Below are positions 63,430 to 64,000 of a stretch of 64,000 nucleotides of DNA, piece by piece (the stretch's first letter is position 1; every line of letters starts with the position of its first letter). Source of the stretch: Glaucostegus cemiculus (lineage: Eukaryota); contig CDPCPM010000263.1 in the NCBI GenBank assembly GCA_976551045.1, forward strand, positions 1,054,001-1,118,000, given 5' to 3'. Under the pieces are notes generated by a model that was given only the letters and a program-made list of their open reading frames with translations, was not told where the DNA came from and made no database searches. The translations under genes and the position numbers were made by a program.

Positions 63430-63714
63430 AGATAAGAAGATAAGATCTTTACTAGTCACATGTACATCGAAACACACAGTGAAATGCACCTTTTGTGTAG
63501 AGTGTTCCGGGGGGCAGCCCGCAAGTATCGCCACACTTCCGGCGCCAACATAGCATTACCCGCAACTTCCTAACCCGTATGTCTTTGGAATGTGGGGGGA
63601 AACCGGAGCACATGGAGGAACTTCCACGCAGACATAAGGAGAACGCACAAACTCCTTACAGACAGTGGCCTCATTTGAACCCGGGTCGCTGGCTCTGTAA
63701 AGCATTACGCTAAC
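63430..63714 (-). mobile_element. V-SINE family A
   Basis: Reverse complement of the family sequence with a (GATAA)n tail. Confidence 0.9.
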
Positions 63715-64000
63715 TTCAAAGAATTACAAAAGCTAATTACCTTCCAACCTTTGTTCACTTTCCTTACCGCCAGTGTTGGGGCATGGATTTGGGTGGGCAT
63801 TGGAGGGAGTGGCAGCTCAGCCAATATCCTGCAGCACCAACAACCAATGGCATTTTAGGACCTTCCAAAAGCCAGACAGAGGAGTATCAAATTTGGCCAC
63901 TGAGAAATTTGCTTCCTCCTTACATGCAGTGGCACGCAAGCCGTGATCCTAATCAATGTGTCCACAACAGATTCAGTCTCGGGCACCTTCTGGTCCACCT

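Noticed and set aside
32000-64000. Exons of a neighbouring gene such as KSR1
   Set aside because: No ORF with recognisable homology. Small exons cannot be excluded without an alignment.

Overview
This is vertebrate genomic DNA, most likely from a cartilaginous fish. That assignment is inferred from the repeat complement: V-domain tRNA SINEs, HER1/CR1-type LINE tails and abundant Penelope-derived hairpins. The only protein-coding gene I can support is WSB1 (WD repeat and SOCS box 1) on the + strand. It has 9 coding exons from 8198 to 31179, all bounded by GT-AG with consistent phases, giving 1257 nt and 418 aa. A CpG-island promoter with hypoxia-response-element-like motifs lies upstream. The rest is repeat-rich: three solo LTRs with target-site duplications in the first 6.3 kb, Rex1/Babar and CR1 LINE fragments (several nested), two V-SINE families with different 3' tails, Penelope-like GIY-YIG and hairpin remnants, several minisatellites and a 149-N assembly gap. 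The best leads are hammerhead-ribozyme-like motifs with a variant core in the Penelope hairpins, candidate poison exons in WSB1 intron 5, SINE tail swapping between LINE partners, and a direct repeat bracketing the WSB1 promoter and exon 1. I found no evidence for a novel multi-gene system; the long ORFs outside WSB1 are repeat artefacts or LINE relics. Repeat boundaries are approximate unless a target-site duplication is quoted.
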